NCBI GenBank assembly: GCA_963755915.1
Contig: CAVWLP010000002.1
Span: 480,001 to 544,000 of the forward strand
Source: an uncultured Phycisphaerales bacterium
Lineage (GTDB): Bacteria > Planctomycetota > Phycisphaerae > Tepidisphaerales > Tepidisphaeraceae
Direction of reading: 5' to 3'
Length of the DNA: 64,000 bases
Shown one piece after another: positions 61,551 through 64,000 of the stretch. The notes under the pieces are model-generated. The model ran no database searches and had not been told where the DNA came from. It saw nothing but the letters and a program-made list of their open reading frames with translations. How positions within the stretch are numbered: the first letter of the stretch is position 1; each line of letters begins with the position of its first letter. The position numbers and the translations under genes were made by a program.

Positions 61551-63658
61551 ATGGTAAAGACTGCGCCGGGCCGGCCGACGGGGTTGCCCCCTGTGTGGAA
61601 CCTTTTTCAGCGTCGGAATATCAATTTTGTGGGGCGGGAGGAGAATCTGCGCGATATTGAGAGAGCGGTGGGGGAGAAGAAGCATTTGCCGCAGGCGCTG
61701 ACGGGGGGCGGGGGGTGTGGGAAGAGTTCGCTGGCGATTGAATATGCGTATTCGCATCAAGGGGAGTACGACATTGTCTGGTGGATTCGGGCGGAATCGC
61801 AATCGACGATTATGGCGGATTTGGCGTCCTTGGCGCCGAAGCTGGCGAGCGCGGGGCAGATGTTTGAGGGGCCGCGGCAGGCGTGCAACGCGGCGGTGGA
61901 GCAGTTGCATCGGCGCGATCGGTGGCTGCTGATTTTTGATAATGCGCGAAAGCCGGAAGATCTGGCGGCGTATCTGCCGGCGCTGCGGTCGGGGCATGTG
62001 CTGATTACCAGCACGAATGCGCACTGGGGAGCGGCGGCGAAGGTGCAGCCGGTGAATGCGTGGCCGAGAAAGGAATCGACGGAATTTTTGAGGCGGCGGC
62101 TGGGGGGGATTGAGGAGGCGCACGCGGCGGAGCAACTGGCGGCGGCGCTGGGGGATCTGCCGCTGGCGCTGGACCAGGCGGCGTCGTGCATCCAGCAGGC
62201 GGATATTCCGATTTCGCAGTACCTCGTCGATTACGAAAATCTTTGGGCGGAGCTTCTGGGGGAGAGCCGGCCGATGGGGTCGTACCCGGTTCACGTGGCG
62301 ATGACGTGGGAGCTTTCGTTTCGGCGGGTGGAGAGTTTGAATTCACTGGCGGCGAATTTGCTGACGCTGTGTGCGTTTTTCTCGCCGGATGAGATTCCGA
62401 TTGAGATGATCGAAAAGGGAGCGGGTGAGCTGCCAAACGAAATTGCGTTTGGATTGCAGGATCCGGAGAGGCGCGGCGAAGCACTGAACGTGCTGGAGCG
62501 GTTTTCGCTGGCCAGCACGAGCGGGGAAATCATTTCGATTCATGGGGTGATCGCGGCGATGGCGCAGGACCGGCTGAACGAGGAGGACCGGGCGGAGTGG
62601 TCGAAGATTGCGCTGCGGATCACGTCTGGGGCATTTACGTTTGACAGCCAGAATCCGAATTCGTGGACGGCGTGCGCGGCGTCGCTGCCGCATGCGCTTT
62701 CGGCGACGACGCACGCGCAATCGTGCATGCTGGTGCCGACGGAAGTGGCCGAGATGCTGAGCCGGATTGGGAGATTTTTGCTGAAGCAGGGAAGTTATGC
62801 GGAGGCGCGGAGCTTGCTCGAGATGGCGTATACGCTGGTGATAAACACGTTCGGGCCGGCGAGCGCGCAGACGGCGGATATCGCGAATAACCTGGCGCGG
62901 GTGCGGCATCGGCTGGGGGATCTGGCGGGGGCGTCGGCGCTGTACGAAGCGGCGCTGGAGATCGACCGGAATTTGTATGGGCCGGACGATCCGCACCTGG
63001 CGACGGTGGCGAACAACTCGGCGATGACGCTGGTGGAGCTGGGGAAATTGCCGCAGGCGAAGGCGCGGTTTGAATGGGCGGTGAGCGTTTATCGCAAGAG
63101 TTATGGGAAGAACCATCCGAAGATTGCCAGCGTGATGAACAACCTGGGATTCGTGCTGATGCAGATGAAGGATTTCGCGGGGGCGCGGGAATGGCTGGAG
63201 CAGTCGCTGGCGATTACGGAATCGACGTATGGGGCGAATCATCCGCAGGTGGCGTGCATCGCGGTGAATCTTGGGGGGCGCTGCGCGAGACGGGAAAATA
63301 TGCGGAGGCACGGGAGCTTTTCGATCGGGCGATGCAGATCGACCAGGCGGCGTTTGGGGGAGCGCATCCGATGGTGGCGCGGGATTTGTTAAATCTGGCG
63401 CAATTGCTGTCGGACGAGGGGAATTTCGATGAGGCCGTCTGGCTAATGGAGCGGGCGCTGGCGATTACGGAGGCGTCGTTTGGGCGGGAGCATCGGGAGA
63501 CGGTTTTGTGCTTGAAGGAGCTGGGGCGGGCGCTTAAGGGGATGGGAAATGTGGATCGAGCGGTGGAATGTTTGATGCGGGCGTCGGCGATTGGGAGGAA
63601 GGGGGCGAAGCAGCCGTCGCATGAGACGGTGGTGGGGGATGAGGGGATGCTGGCTTGA
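61551..63658 (+). CDS. NB-ARC/STAND NTPase + TPR protein; frameshift in G-run near 63275
   Basis: RN.NFVGRE, GGGGCGKS, VWWI.A, WLLIFDN, GDLPLAL.QA, kinesin-light-chain-type TPRs (G..HP..A...NNL). Confidence 0.88.
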
Positions 63659-63694
63659 GTAATTCGGAATACCCCACGCCGGCGGCGTGGGCGT

Positions 63695-64000
63695 TCAGGG
63701 AGAGAGACGTTTCCAGAGTTGCTGGGCTTCGGGAAGGGTGGGATCGATTTCCAGGGCGGCGCGGCATTGGGCGCGGGCTTCGTCGGGGTGTCCGATGGAT
63801 AACAGGGCGATGGCGAGATTTGTGCGGATGTCGGCGCGGTTGGGGTCCGAAATTACGGCTGCGAAGTAATGGGGGATGGCGAGGTCGGGGCGATTTTTCG
63901 CGGTTAATAAGAGGTTGGCGGATTTGAATTGGGCTTCGACGTTGTCGGGGCGGCGGGCGGCGGCTTCGAGGTATTCGGCGAGGGCTTCGTCGGTGTGGCC
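63695..64000 (-). CDS. TPR protein, 3' end (starts outside window)
   Basis: Manual translation GHTDEALAEYLEAAARRPDNVEAQF...IRTNLAIALLSIGHPDEARAQCRAALEIDP...LSP*. Confidence 0.75.
   Translation of the reverse strand, partial: GHTDEALAEYLEAAARRPDNVEAQFKSANLLLTAKNRPDLAIPHYFAAVISDPNRADIRTNLAIALLSIGHPDEARAQCRAALEIDPTLPEAQQLWKRLSP

Overview
GC-rich bacterial chromosomal window, very probably Planctomycetota (Phycisphaerae/Tepidisphaerales-like). This rests on the PVC small basic signature protein, a DUF1559/H-X9-DG prepilin-like gene and fused lpxC-fabZ. Housekeeping genes (gatB, radA, lpxA, lpxC-fabZ, acpS, metF, nadA, sucD, an aminotransferase, an Fe3+-type ABC transporter) are mixed with a large surface-glycan complement: two flippases, a Wzy-like polymerase, GT4/GT2 enzymes, a sulfotransferase-GT4 fusion, methyltransferases, a SPINDLY-like GT41, six GT-C-type membrane transferases and a polyprenyl-P-sugar synthase. 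Also present: a MOSC-reductase-ferredoxin fusion, a RelE/HigA-type TA pair, a decayed second TA pair and an effector-less NB-ARC/TPR gene. Intergenic DNA carries several palindromic repeat families, including a 273-bp three-stem element upstream of metF. About 14 genes are frameshifted, including essential ones, which points to long-read indel errors rather than real decay. No rRNA, tRNA, CRISPR array or transposase was recognised. All calls come from reading motifs by eye; no database search was run.
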